Assembly: GCA_964512375.1 (NCBI GenBank)
Contig: CAZEIY010000001.1
Coordinates: 1 to 38,648 of the forward strand
Source: an uncultured Rickettsiales bacterium
GTDB lineage: Bacteria > Myxococcota_A > UBA796 > UBA9615
DNA: 38,648 nucleotides
Direction of reading: 5' to 3'
Shown: piece by piece, positions 25,534 through 33,047 of the stretch
Layout: each line of letters begins with the position of its first letter
How positions within the stretch are numbered: the stretch's first letter is position 1
The notes under the pieces: generated by a model
The model's input: the letters and a program-made list of their open reading frames with translations, nothing else
Databases searched by the model: none
Told to the model about the DNA's origin: nothing
Position numbers and translations under genes: made by a program

Positions 25534-27816
25534 TCAACCTACCGCCTGACGGGCGCGCTCAGCGGCCGCTGCGGCCTGGTTCGTAAAGGTTGAACCCAGC
25601 GACGAGTACAGCCGCTCCGCCTCGCTAAAGGCAGCGAGGGCATCGGCGCCTTTGTCGAGACTCTGCAAGGTCTCCCCGCGGAGCAACTGAGCCTGGGCGG
25701 CCAGCTCGTGGAGGCGTCGCCTGCTGGCCAGGGCGAGCGCCGAGTCTGCAGCGTTGAGGCTGTCGTCCCATCGCTCGCAGCGCGAAGCGACCCGTGCCCT
25801 GCGCAGAGCGACATCCACCTGTTCGCTGATTCGACCGCTGTCCTTCCAGAGTTGCTCCTGGCGTGCCAGGGATGAGAGCGCGCCATCCCAGTCTTCAGCC
25901 CGATAGGACAGCTCGCCGAGGATTCCTTCCGCCTCTGCCTCCAGGGGCTGGTCCCCGAGAGCTCTGGCGATGATGAGAACCGCCTCGGCGGCTTCGCGGC
26001 CATCTCTGAGGGCCTCTCCGCGGCCCGCGCCCTGGGCTGGCATTCCCTCGAGAAAGAGTCTGGCGAGTCCCAGGCGCGCTTGCCCCTCAATGTCGGTAGC
26101 AGCGTGGAGAGCGGCCGCCTCGGCCGCCATCGAGAGGGCCTTCTTTGCCTGGTCGCGCTTGCCGGCAAACCGAAATACGCGACCCATGAGCATCTGTGAT
26201 TCCAGCAGGCTACTCGATGGGTTCTTGGCACCTGAGAGACGTTCTGCGGCGCGTTGCAACTCTTTGATTGCCTGCTCGGTGGCGCCGGCCTGGGCCATGC
26301 AGACCGCGCGTTTTGCCAGTGCTCTCGCCGTGGCGTTCGGCAGGCCGGCTTTCTCGAGCACGCGCGCCTCCTCTCCGTGGGCTGCGGCAGCAGCTACAAA
26401 GTCATCCGCTGCGCTGAGCTGACGTGCCTTGCCGGCGTGTGCTGCAGAGGCGTCCCAGGAGTCAGCCTGTTCGTCGATGAGCTCACAGGCGGTATCGAAG
26501 TGGAGACGAGCTTTCTTACGCTGGTCACTCAGTTCGGACGCCTCGCCGGCGGTGTTGTGGAGAGCTGCCGTTATCTTTTCGCCTGGCTTGCAGTGGGCGA
26601 TCCCCTCATCAGCGCAGCGAAGGGCGGCCTCTGGGTCAGCGCACGAAATGCGCGCCCTGGCTCGCAGTAGAAAGAGCTGCGGCGGGGCTGCGGCTCCTGC
26701 TCTTGAGGCGGCGTCATCGAACAGCTGCCTCGCTGTCCTCGCATCTCCACGCGAGAGGGCAGCGGCACCCGCATCCATGGCCGCTCGCCAGGCATCTGGC
26801 GCGGCGCCCCGAGCGGACAGGACTGCGCGGAGAGGTGCTCGCAGTGGCTCGTCCTCTCCGATGACTTCAGACAGGCTTTCGAGCAGGGCCCTGCAATCGG
26901 CGGCCTGAACCTGCGTGAGAGGGACGTCCTCGTCTCCGCTCCCGGCAACGAGCAGGAGAGAGCCTACGAGCTCCGCGCGCTTGCAGTGGAGCAGCCCGTC
27001 CAGGTCGACCCAGCTGCTCCTCGGGGAGCACCCTCGGTAGGCGCTGAGCGCCGTACTACCGACGATCGCCGCAGGGAGCGGCACGGAGGCTGCGGCGAGG
27101 ATGTCCAGCAACTCCACCGAGCTACCTCGTTGGGGAAGAACCGGCGCATCTTCGTCGTCGCCAACAGGACCGGTAAGGCACACGACCCGGCAGCACTCGA
27201 AGCGTTCGTCATCTGTCTGCCGTTGCAGCGCTGCGACCAGCTGCTCGGCGGGGCTACCCGCGAGTAGTGGGCCTTCGAGAACCACCGCCCAGCCAGCAGC
27301 AGTCCCACCAGCCAGCAAGGCGCGCATCGCTCGAGCCGATGCTTCGTCCAGGCAGTCGGCGTTTCTAATCAGCAACAGTCTTGGTTCGGCTTCTCCGATT
27401 CCCGTGAGGATGCGGCCCAGCACGGCAGCTTCCGCAAGCCAGGGTCTGCTATTGGGCTCGGGTTGGTAGCCGTCGACACCTTGTCCAGCCCATCGGTGTG
27501 TCACCCTGGACCAGGCCGCGGCGGCACCCACGCCCTGTCCCAGTGCATCACGAATCAGTTCGTTTGCTTCAGGGTGGGCGCTCTGGGAGGTCGGGTCCAG
27601 GAACTGCGCTACGCCGACACGCAATACTCCTGCCGGCTGTAGACCGACGACCTTGGCGTCCACCGAACCGAATTCCAATTGCCTCTCGTTTGCAGCATCG
27701 CGCAGGTCGTCTTCAAACGAGCGGCTACGAACATCGTCAACGATAAGTACAGCGCCGCGGTCAGCACATCCATCGAGAGTCGCCACGGCGTCGATAATCC
27801 AAGGAGCTTTGCCCAT
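25534..27816 (-). CDS. Large cytoplasmic STAND-like/TPR-repeat protein with no recognisable P-loop
   Basis: 760 aa. The N-terminal part has Walker-B-like LLLIRNADCLDEASARAMRALL, resembling the HWADEAS region of AAA_16/MalT-type regulators, but no GxxxxGK[ST] occurs anywhere. The C-terminal ~450 aa is Ala-rich helical repeats (TPR-like). An in-frame stop at 27901-27903 excludes an upstream extension. Confidence 0.65.
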   Translation of the reverse strand: MGKAPWIIDAVATLDGCADRGAVLIVDDVRSRSFEDDLRDAANERQLEFGSVDAKVVGLQPAGVLRVGVAQFLDPTSQSAHPEANELIRDALGQGVGAAAAWSRVTHRWAGQGVDGYQPEPNSRPWLAEAAVLGRILTGIGEAEPRLLLIRNADCLDEASARAMRALLAGGTAAGWAVVLEGPLLAGSPAEQLVAALQRQTDDERFECCRVVCLTGPVGDDEDAPVLPQRGSSVELLDILAAASVPLPAAIVGSTALSAYRGCSPRSSWVDLDGLLHCKRAELVGSLLLVAGSGDEDVPLTQVQAADCRALLESLSEVIGEDEPLRAPLRAVLSARGAAPDAWRAAMDAGAAALSRGDARTARQLFDDAASRAGAAAPPQLFLLRARARISCADPEAALRCADEGIAHCKPGEKITAALHNTAGEASELSDQRKKARLHFDTACELIDEQADSWDASAAHAGKARQLSAADDFVAAAAAHGEEARVLEKAGLPNATARALAKRAVCMAQAGATEQAIKELQRAAERLSGAKNPSSSLLESQMLMGRVFRFAGKRDQAKKALSMAAEAAALHAATDIEGQARLGLARLFLEGMPAQGAGRGEALRDGREAAEAVLIIARALGDQPLEAEAEGILGELSYRAEDWDGALSSLARQEQLWKDSGRISEQVDVALRRARVASRCERWDDSLNAADSALALASRRRLHELAAQAQLLRGETLQSLDKGADALAAFSEAERLYSSLGSTFTNQAAAAAERARQAVG

Positions 27817-27890
27817 CTGTCCCTTTCCATTCTCAGGGTATTGTGTCCTGCCTGAGGGGAGCCTCTCGTGTCCTATGGGGCGCAGATGGG

Positions 27891-27904
27891 GTGACTTAAA
27901 TCAC
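27891..27904. promoter_or_regulatory. Candidate operator: 12/14 palindrome GTGACTTAAATCAC in the divergent intergenic region
   Basis: An AT-rich near-palindrome (GTGA-N6-TCAC) in an otherwise GC-rich 235-bp region between the TPR gene (start 27816, minus) and the lipoprotein/FHA-ABC operon (start 28052, plus). Confidence 0.25.
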
Positions 27905-28051
27905 TCGATTCCTGTGCGTTCTATCCCCGGATGGGTTGAAAAGCAGCCCCCGTTTCGGCAGCATGACTTTGCTCTTTTGAGCACCTGTGCGCAAACTTGT
28001 GTTCAGAATCGTCCTGCCTGGGACTCCAGGTCGTACTACGAGGTGTCGTTC

Positions 28052-28966
28052 ATGCCAGTCCTCTCTGTCCGAGGAGCCTTCGTGTTCCTTGTAATTCTGT
28101 CCCTAAGCGCCGGCTGTAAGAGCGGTGACAAGCAAGCCTCGGAGGCGAATGCCCCGGCCGATGCTCAACCTGCTGCCGATCCCGGGTCAGCGGCTCCCGA
28201 TTCTGCAGATGCTGCGGTCGAGGCCGCCATGGCCGAAGTTCCCACCAAGATCGATATCAGTGCGGTCAAGGCCGAGGGTCGCATCGCGATGTTCGTCCCT
28301 GCTCCCACTGAGTTTCAGGCGGCGCTCCAGGCGAGCAACATCAAGATCGATATCCGCAAGTTGGTGAAGGACAGTGGTCGAAGCCTTGAGGGCAAGAATC
28401 GCTCCATCATCGCTCTCGAGACCGGTGTTCGCCTGAGTAATCTGCTGCTCAGCGTGCAGGCACAGAACAAGGCTGAGGTCATTAACCGGGTCAAGCTGGC
28501 TCGTGAGGGCGTCGAGGCGCTCGGGCTACCGCCTGAAGTCCTCTCTGGTATCGACAGCACCCTCAAGGATTATGAGGATGGCGCGCTTTCAGATTCCGAG
28601 CTGGGCCCGCTCCTCGATATCCTGGCCAAGGGCATCCGCGATGATCTGGCGGATCAGGCTGATCCCACACTGGCAACCCTGGTCGAGGCTGGGGGTTGGG
28701 TCCAGGGTGTCTACCTCCTGTCGACCGCACTGGGCGAGCAGGGAATCACCGGCGACGCAGCTGGTCTGCTCCATCAGCCCACCGTGCTGGACCATTTCAC
28801 CAAGTTCATCAAGGAGAGCGACGCGGGTCGCGCCGGAGATCCCGACGTCATAGCTGTCGTCGGCGAACTCGAGAAGATGCAGGTCATTGCAAGCAAGACG
28901 GAGCTGAGCACCGACGACGTCAAGGCGGTTGCTGCCCACACCGCGGCCATCCTGGCCTGGTTCTGA
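28052..28966 (+). CDS. Lipoprotein, all-helical, hypothetical
   Basis: MPVLSVRGAFVFLVILSLSAGCKSGDK (signal peptide + lipobox). ATG 28052 is in frame within ORF 27653..28966, whose upstream part lacks any coding signature. Confidence 0.65.
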   Translation: MPVLSVRGAFVFLVILSLSAGCKSGDKQASEANAPADAQPAADPGSAAPDSADAAVEAAMAEVPTKIDISAVKAEGRIAMFVPAPTEFQAALQASNIKIDIRKLVKDSGRSLEGKNRSIIALETGVRLSNLLLSVQAQNKAEVINRVKLAREGVEALGLPPEVLSGIDSTLKDYEDGALSDSELGPLLDILAKGIRDDLADQADPTLATLVEAGGWVQGVYLLSTALGEQGITGDAAGLLHQPTVLDHFTKFIKESDAGRAGDPDVIAVVGELEKMQVIASKTELSTDDVKAVAAHTAAILAWF

Positions 28967-28981
28967 GCGGAGGAATCGAAC

Positions 28982-29428
28982 ATGAAGCGCATTACCCTTC
29001 TGACTAGCCTGTTTTCCCTCATCCTTCTGGGCACCATGGTGCTTCCTGTAAGTGACACCAACGCTGATCCTGAGAAGGCCCGGGCTTGCCTGGACTCCAT
29101 GGTCTCTGGTGCTATCTCCAGTGGCATGCGGGTGCGAGGTACCGACATTTATTCGGCCGGCCCCCAGTCTGCGGTCAGCTACCGCCTGACTCTCTACAAG
29201 GGGATGTCCTATGTGCTGCTTGGCTGCGCTGACGGAGATGACGTAGATCTGGATATGCGGCTCTATGACAACGAGGGCCAGCTGATCTCCAATGACAAGA
29301 GCCCTGATCCGCAGCCTTTCGTGGATGTAGACCCTCCCAAGACGGGCGAGTACGTCCTTGAGGTGCTCGTCTACAAGAGCTCGGCTCCAAACACCGACTT
29401 CGCAGTGGCTGTCGCCTACAAGTACTGA
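28982..29428 (+). CDS. Small secreted protein with a pre-peptidase C-terminal (PPC)-like beta-sandwich domain
   Basis: Signal peptide MKRITLLTSLFSLILLGTMVLP. YRLTLYKGMSYVLLGCADGDDVDLDMRLYDNEGQLISNDKSPDPQPFVDVDPPKTGEYVLEVLVYK matches the PPC pattern (DlDL.lyd..G..v..s......e.i......G.Y.i.V). Confidence 0.6.
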   Translation: MKRITLLTSLFSLILLGTMVLPVSDTNADPEKARACLDSMVSGAISSGMRVRGTDIYSAGPQSAVSYRLTLYKGMSYVLLGCADGDDVDLDMRLYDNEGQLISNDKSPDPQPFVDVDPPKTGEYVLEVLVYKSSAPNTDFAVAVAYKY

Positions 29429-29463
29429 CGAGCCCATCAGGGAGCTAGGGAAGGACCGGAGGA

Positions 29464-32400
29464 ATGTTCGCCGTTCAGTCCTGTGCTGTCTGCGGTAAAT
29501 CGTTCGATCTATCCCTGTACCATTGCCCGCACTGCCAGGCGCCGGTCACTGGAGCCACGGACCCTGGTCGTCCACCTGAAGCACCGCTCGAAGCCATGCT
29601 GGACTTCGTCGATAGTCAGGTCGATGAGGAGGATGAGCTCCGTACGGGAATGTGGCACTCGCTCGAAGGCACAACCCTGGGTGGCTTTGACGGGCCGGCC
29701 GTCGGCGAACTCCCCGCGGGGGTCGAAGTCCGTCGGGTTGGAGATCAGGTTCAGATCCAGCGCCTTGACCCCTCGGTTGCCGTGCTTGTTGATGGGGTGG
29801 AGGTCGCCGATGCCACTGTCGCTCTGGGCACCCAGATGCTGGCTGTCGGAGGTGTTCAGATCACTGATGACATGGTGCCTCGTGACACCATGGAGCTCTC
29901 CCAGTTACCCGAGTTCTTTGAGCCGGTGAGTATCGGCCGTTCAGATCATTGTGACTACCAGATCACTTCCAAGAAGGTCTCAAGCCGCCACGCCGTACTG
30001 TCTCGGCACGAGGGCTATGTACTGCTTGAGGATCAAGACTCCTTTAACGGGACCTTTGTGGAGGGACGTCGCGTCAAGCGTGCGCGCATTGGATGGCGAC
30101 AGAAGTTTCGAATTGCAGACTGTGAGACCACAGCGCTCGAGGTGATGCAGCGAGTCATCACTGAGACTGCGGCCAGCAAGACCTCTCTGATTAACGTCAT
30201 GCCGATGATGGATGAGGTCTATCGGATGAACAATCCCGGGGGGCTTCCCTCGTACTCGCAGCCGCGCCTTGAGGTCGCTCGTACCGAGGGCGGCGTCATG
30301 GCACCTACCGTGCCTTTCGGCGACGAACCCAGCGAACCACACAGTCTTCCACCCGGGATTGCGGACACGCAGAGGATGCGTCGAGGTGGCTTGATCTCGG
30401 CCACCAGGCGGCTGGAGGTCGGGCAGAGCATGGTCCTTGGCCGCGCGCCGACCGCTGATGTGGTCCTGGTTACTCCAAACGTCAGTCAGTTCCATGCGCG
30501 AATCAGCCGCGAGGAAGCCGGCATGATGGTCGAGGATCTTGGCTCGACCAATGGCACCTGGCTCAATGGGGTGAAGGTCACTTCGAAGACGCTCCTGGAT
30601 CCCGCTGATGATCTTCGGCTGGGCCCGCATCGTGTTGAGGTCAACGAAGATCTCAGCATCAAGCGCCAGGACCTCGAGGGTGGGACGCGCGGTGTGCGTC
30701 TGGACGCTCAGGATCTGATCCGACAGGTGGGGCCGGCTTCGCAGCCGATCACAGTAGTGGATAGGGTCTCCTTCACCATTCTTCCGGGTGAGATGGTCGC
30801 GGTGATGGGACCCTCGGGTGCCGGCAAGACGTCGGTGTTGACGACGCTGGCGGGCTACACGCCCCCCACCGAAGGGCATGTCTTCATGGATGGATATTCC
30901 CTCTACCGTCACTACGACGTGTTCCGATCGGCGGTGGGCTATGTGCCCCAGGAAGACGTCATGCACCGGACTCTGTCGGTAGAGGAGGTGCTCTACTACC
31001 ACGCTCGTCTCGAGTTCTCGACTGAGGTCAGCGATGACGAGATCCGCGATCGCATCGTGACAGTGCTCGGCCAACTTGATCTGAGTCGAGTCGCTGGCAC
31101 GGTAGTCGGAGACGAGAATGTCCGCGGACTGAGCGGTGGACAGCGCAAGCGGTTGAACGTGGCCATGGAGTTGATGAGCGAGCCAGCGCTGTTGATTCTA
31201 GACGAGCCCACCAGCGGCTTGGACGCACGTTCTGCCATGGAGTTGATCCGTCAGTGTCGGGAGCTGGCCAACGCTGGTCGCACGGTGGCGATGACCATCC
31301 ATCAGCCGCGCCTGGAGGCCTTCTCTCTCTTCGACAAGGTCCTGCTGCTCACGACCGGCGGCAAGGTGGCCTACTTCGGCCCGCCTGGTGCCGCCGATGC
31401 CGCTGGTGTGCGCGAGTATTTCTCCAGTAACTCTTCTCTGCCGAGCACGGTCGCTCAGAACCCTGCCGACTATGCGTTGGATGCTCTCGATCCAGTTGAT
31501 TCGAGGTACAAGAGAGAGCCCTCGTACTGGGACGAGACCTGGCGAGCCAGCGAGTCGTTCAAGAAGTTTATGAAGGCTCGCGAGAAGCACCTTGAGGAGG
31601 AGAAGTCCGCCCAGAAGGAGCTGGGTGGTAAGAGCTCAGAGCGTAAGGCCAGCTTCTTTCCGCAGCTGGCAACATTGACTCGCCGCTACGCCAAGATCAA
31701 GTGGCGAGATCGCACCTCGTTGCTGGTTCAGCTGGCGCAGGCTCCTGTCATCGCGGGCCTGGCCCTCCTGCTGTTTCACGATGGCCGCTTCATGCCTCTA
31801 TATCTCGAAGATGACATCACGCCGACGATCTTCGTGTTGATGGCTGCTGCCGTGTGGTTCGGCACCAGTAACGTCGCGCGCGAGATTGTGGGTGAGCGAG
31901 CCATCTATCGCCGAGAGCGAATGGGCCGTCTAAGACCTGGCGCCTACCTCTTATCGAAGGTCTTGATGCAGGGGATGCTCATCGGCCTTCAGGTGGCCAT
32001 CTTGTTGGCGGTGCTCGTGCCGGGTGTTCCCCTTGAGGGTGGCGTCTTTCGTCTCGCGGGTGTGTCGCTGCTAGCTGGCTGGTCTGCCATGTCGCTCGGG
32101 TTGCTGCTCTCGACGATCGCTCGCACTGAGCTTCAGGCCATCCAATTTGTACCCCTGGCCATCCTGCCGCAGATCATGCTGTCGGGGATTCTCATCCCTG
32201 TCGCCGGGGACAAGGCGACCCTCATGGCCACCTGGCTGAGTAAGCCGATCCTTCTGCGTTGGGCCTACGCCTCGGGTCTGTGGACTGAGTTCGCGGCGGA
32301 TGCGAAGCGCGGAGTCAAGGCGGCTGGTTCCGCGGGTGCCCAGTATTGGGAACGGTCGGGCTTCAAGGGGGATGAGTTGAACTTCGACCTGGGAGTGGTC

Positions 32401-32466
32401 GCTGGGCTGGGGCTCGCGTGTCTGGTGGTGTCGTTTGTCGTGTTGGCTCGTCGCGATCGGGTGTGA
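29464..32466 (+). CDS. Zn-ribbon + tandem FHA + ABCG-type ATPase + ABC-2 permease half-transporter (Rv1747-like architecture)
   Basis: CAVCGKSFDLSLYHCPHCQ. FHA1 VSIGRSDHCDYQITSKKVSSRHAVLSRHEGYVLLEDQDSFNGTFVEG. FHA2 MVLGRAPTADVVLVTPNVSQFHARISREEAGMMVEDLGSTNGTWLNG. Walker A GPSGAGKTS, signature LSGGQRKRL, Walker B LLILDEPTSGLD, H-loop MTIHQP. Six C-terminal TM helices. Confidence 0.92.
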   Translation: MFAVQSCAVCGKSFDLSLYHCPHCQAPVTGATDPGRPPEAPLEAMLDFVDSQVDEEDELRTGMWHSLEGTTLGGFDGPAVGELPAGVEVRRVGDQVQIQRLDPSVAVLVDGVEVADATVALGTQMLAVGGVQITDDMVPRDTMELSQLPEFFEPVSIGRSDHCDYQITSKKVSSRHAVLSRHEGYVLLEDQDSFNGTFVEGRRVKRARIGWRQKFRIADCETTALEVMQRVITETAASKTSLINVMPMMDEVYRMNNPGGLPSYSQPRLEVARTEGGVMAPTVPFGDEPSEPHSLPPGIADTQRMRRGGLISATRRLEVGQSMVLGRAPTADVVLVTPNVSQFHARISREEAGMMVEDLGSTNGTWLNGVKVTSKTLLDPADDLRLGPHRVEVNEDLSIKRQDLEGGTRGVRLDAQDLIRQVGPASQPITVVDRVSFTILPGEMVAVMGPSGAGKTSVLTTLAGYTPPTEGHVFMDGYSLYRHYDVFRSAVGYVPQEDVMHRTLSVEEVLYYHARLEFSTEVSDDEIRDRIVTVLGQLDLSRVAGTVVGDENVRGLSGGQRKRLNVAMELMSEPALLILDEPTSGLDARSAMELIRQCRELANAGRTVAMTIHQPRLEAFSLFDKVLLLTTGGKVAYFGPPGAADAAGVREYFSSNSSLPSTVAQNPADYALDALDPVDSRYKREPSYWDETWRASESFKKFMKAREKHLEEEKSAQKELGGKSSERKASFFPQLATLTRRYAKIKWRDRTSLLVQLAQAPVIAGLALLLFHDGRFMPLYLEDDITPTIFVLMAAAVWFGTSNVAREIVGERAIYRRERMGRLRPGAYLLSKVLMQGMLIGLQVAILLAVLVPGVPLEGGVFRLAGVSLLAGWSAMSLGLLLSTIARTELQAIQFVPLAILPQIMLSGILIPVAGDKATLMATWLSKPILLRWAYASGLWTEFAADAKRGVKAAGSAGAQYWERSGFKGDELNFDLGVVAGLGLACLVVSFVVLARRDRV

Positions 32467-32476
32467 GAGCTGAGTC

Positions 32477-32962
32477 TCAGGCTTGCAGTTCGCTCTCAGC
32501 TGGTTCTTCGAACAGGTCACGCAGCGCGCGAAGAGAACTGTCGGCGAAGTTGAGGAACTGCACGCGAGTTCCAAGTAGCTCGCGGAAGAAAGGCGAGCCA
32601 CCGTCTGCCTGATAGCTCAGCGTGAAGCGCAGCCAGGTTCGACCATTTCGCTGCGGGAAGAGCAGCCACTCCCACTCCAGATCGGCCATGCCCTCGGTGT
32701 AGGGAAGATCGCCGCCGACAGGCTTGAAGCTGAACTCCTTGCCCGGTCTAAGGCCTGTGATCTCGGCTTCAACGATGGGGCTGTTCTGGTTATGGCTGTA
32801 GCGGAACCGGAGTCGGCTACCGAGGGCGGGCTCGGCGTCATCACTCCAGCTCGACTCGCTTATATGCTGCTGCCAGTTGGTCCAGGAGGGGACATCAGCG
32901 AGGTGCTCCCAGATGGCCTGAGCTTCACCGCTGATTTCGAGTTCGCGAGTTAGGACAGTCAT
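32477..32962 (-). CDS. SRPBCC (START/polyketide-cyclase-like) superfamily protein
   Basis: 161 aa. The N-terminus ELEISGEAQAIWEHLADVPSWTNWQQHI is typical of SRPBCC/AHSA1-like ligand-binding proteins. Confidence 0.75.
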   Translation of the reverse strand: MTVLTRELEISGEAQAIWEHLADVPSWTNWQQHISESSWSDDAEPALGSRLRFRYSHNQNSPIVEAEITGLRPGKEFSFKPVGGDLPYTEGMADLEWEWLLFPQRNGRTWLRFTLSYQADGGSPFFRELLGTRVQFLNFADSSLRALRDLFEEPAESELQA

Positions 32963-32968
32963 TGTGTG

Positions 32969-32982
32969 CGCGATTCTAGCGG
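32969..32982 (-). promoter_or_regulatory. Copy 2 of the conserved 14-nt motif (minus strand CCGC-TAGAAT-CGCG), a putative -10 element for the SRPBCC gene
   Basis: The plus strand reads CGCGATTCTAGCGG. On the minus strand, TAGAAT (32978-32973) lies 10 nt upstream of ATG 32962, implying a leaderless or near-leaderless mRNA. Confidence 0.4.
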
Positions 32983-33047
32983 TAAGATCGACCCACCGGT
33001 AGCGCGCGACTCACCCAGGTGACCGTAACTGGTCTAGGCTCGCGTAC

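Noticed and set aside
29980-31074. Long antisense or alternative-frame ORFs: 29980..31074 (364 aa), 11071..12147 (358 aa), 28589..29437 (282 aa), 6465..7232 (255 aa), 25539..26231 (230 aa) and 33598..34308 (236 aa).
   Set aside because: All lie opposite to, or out of frame with, genes that have clear domain signatures. Their translations are Arg/Pro/Ser/Ala-rich with no motifs, as expected for shadow ORFs in GC-rich DNA. ORF 28589..29437 would also span two real genes and their intergenic gap.
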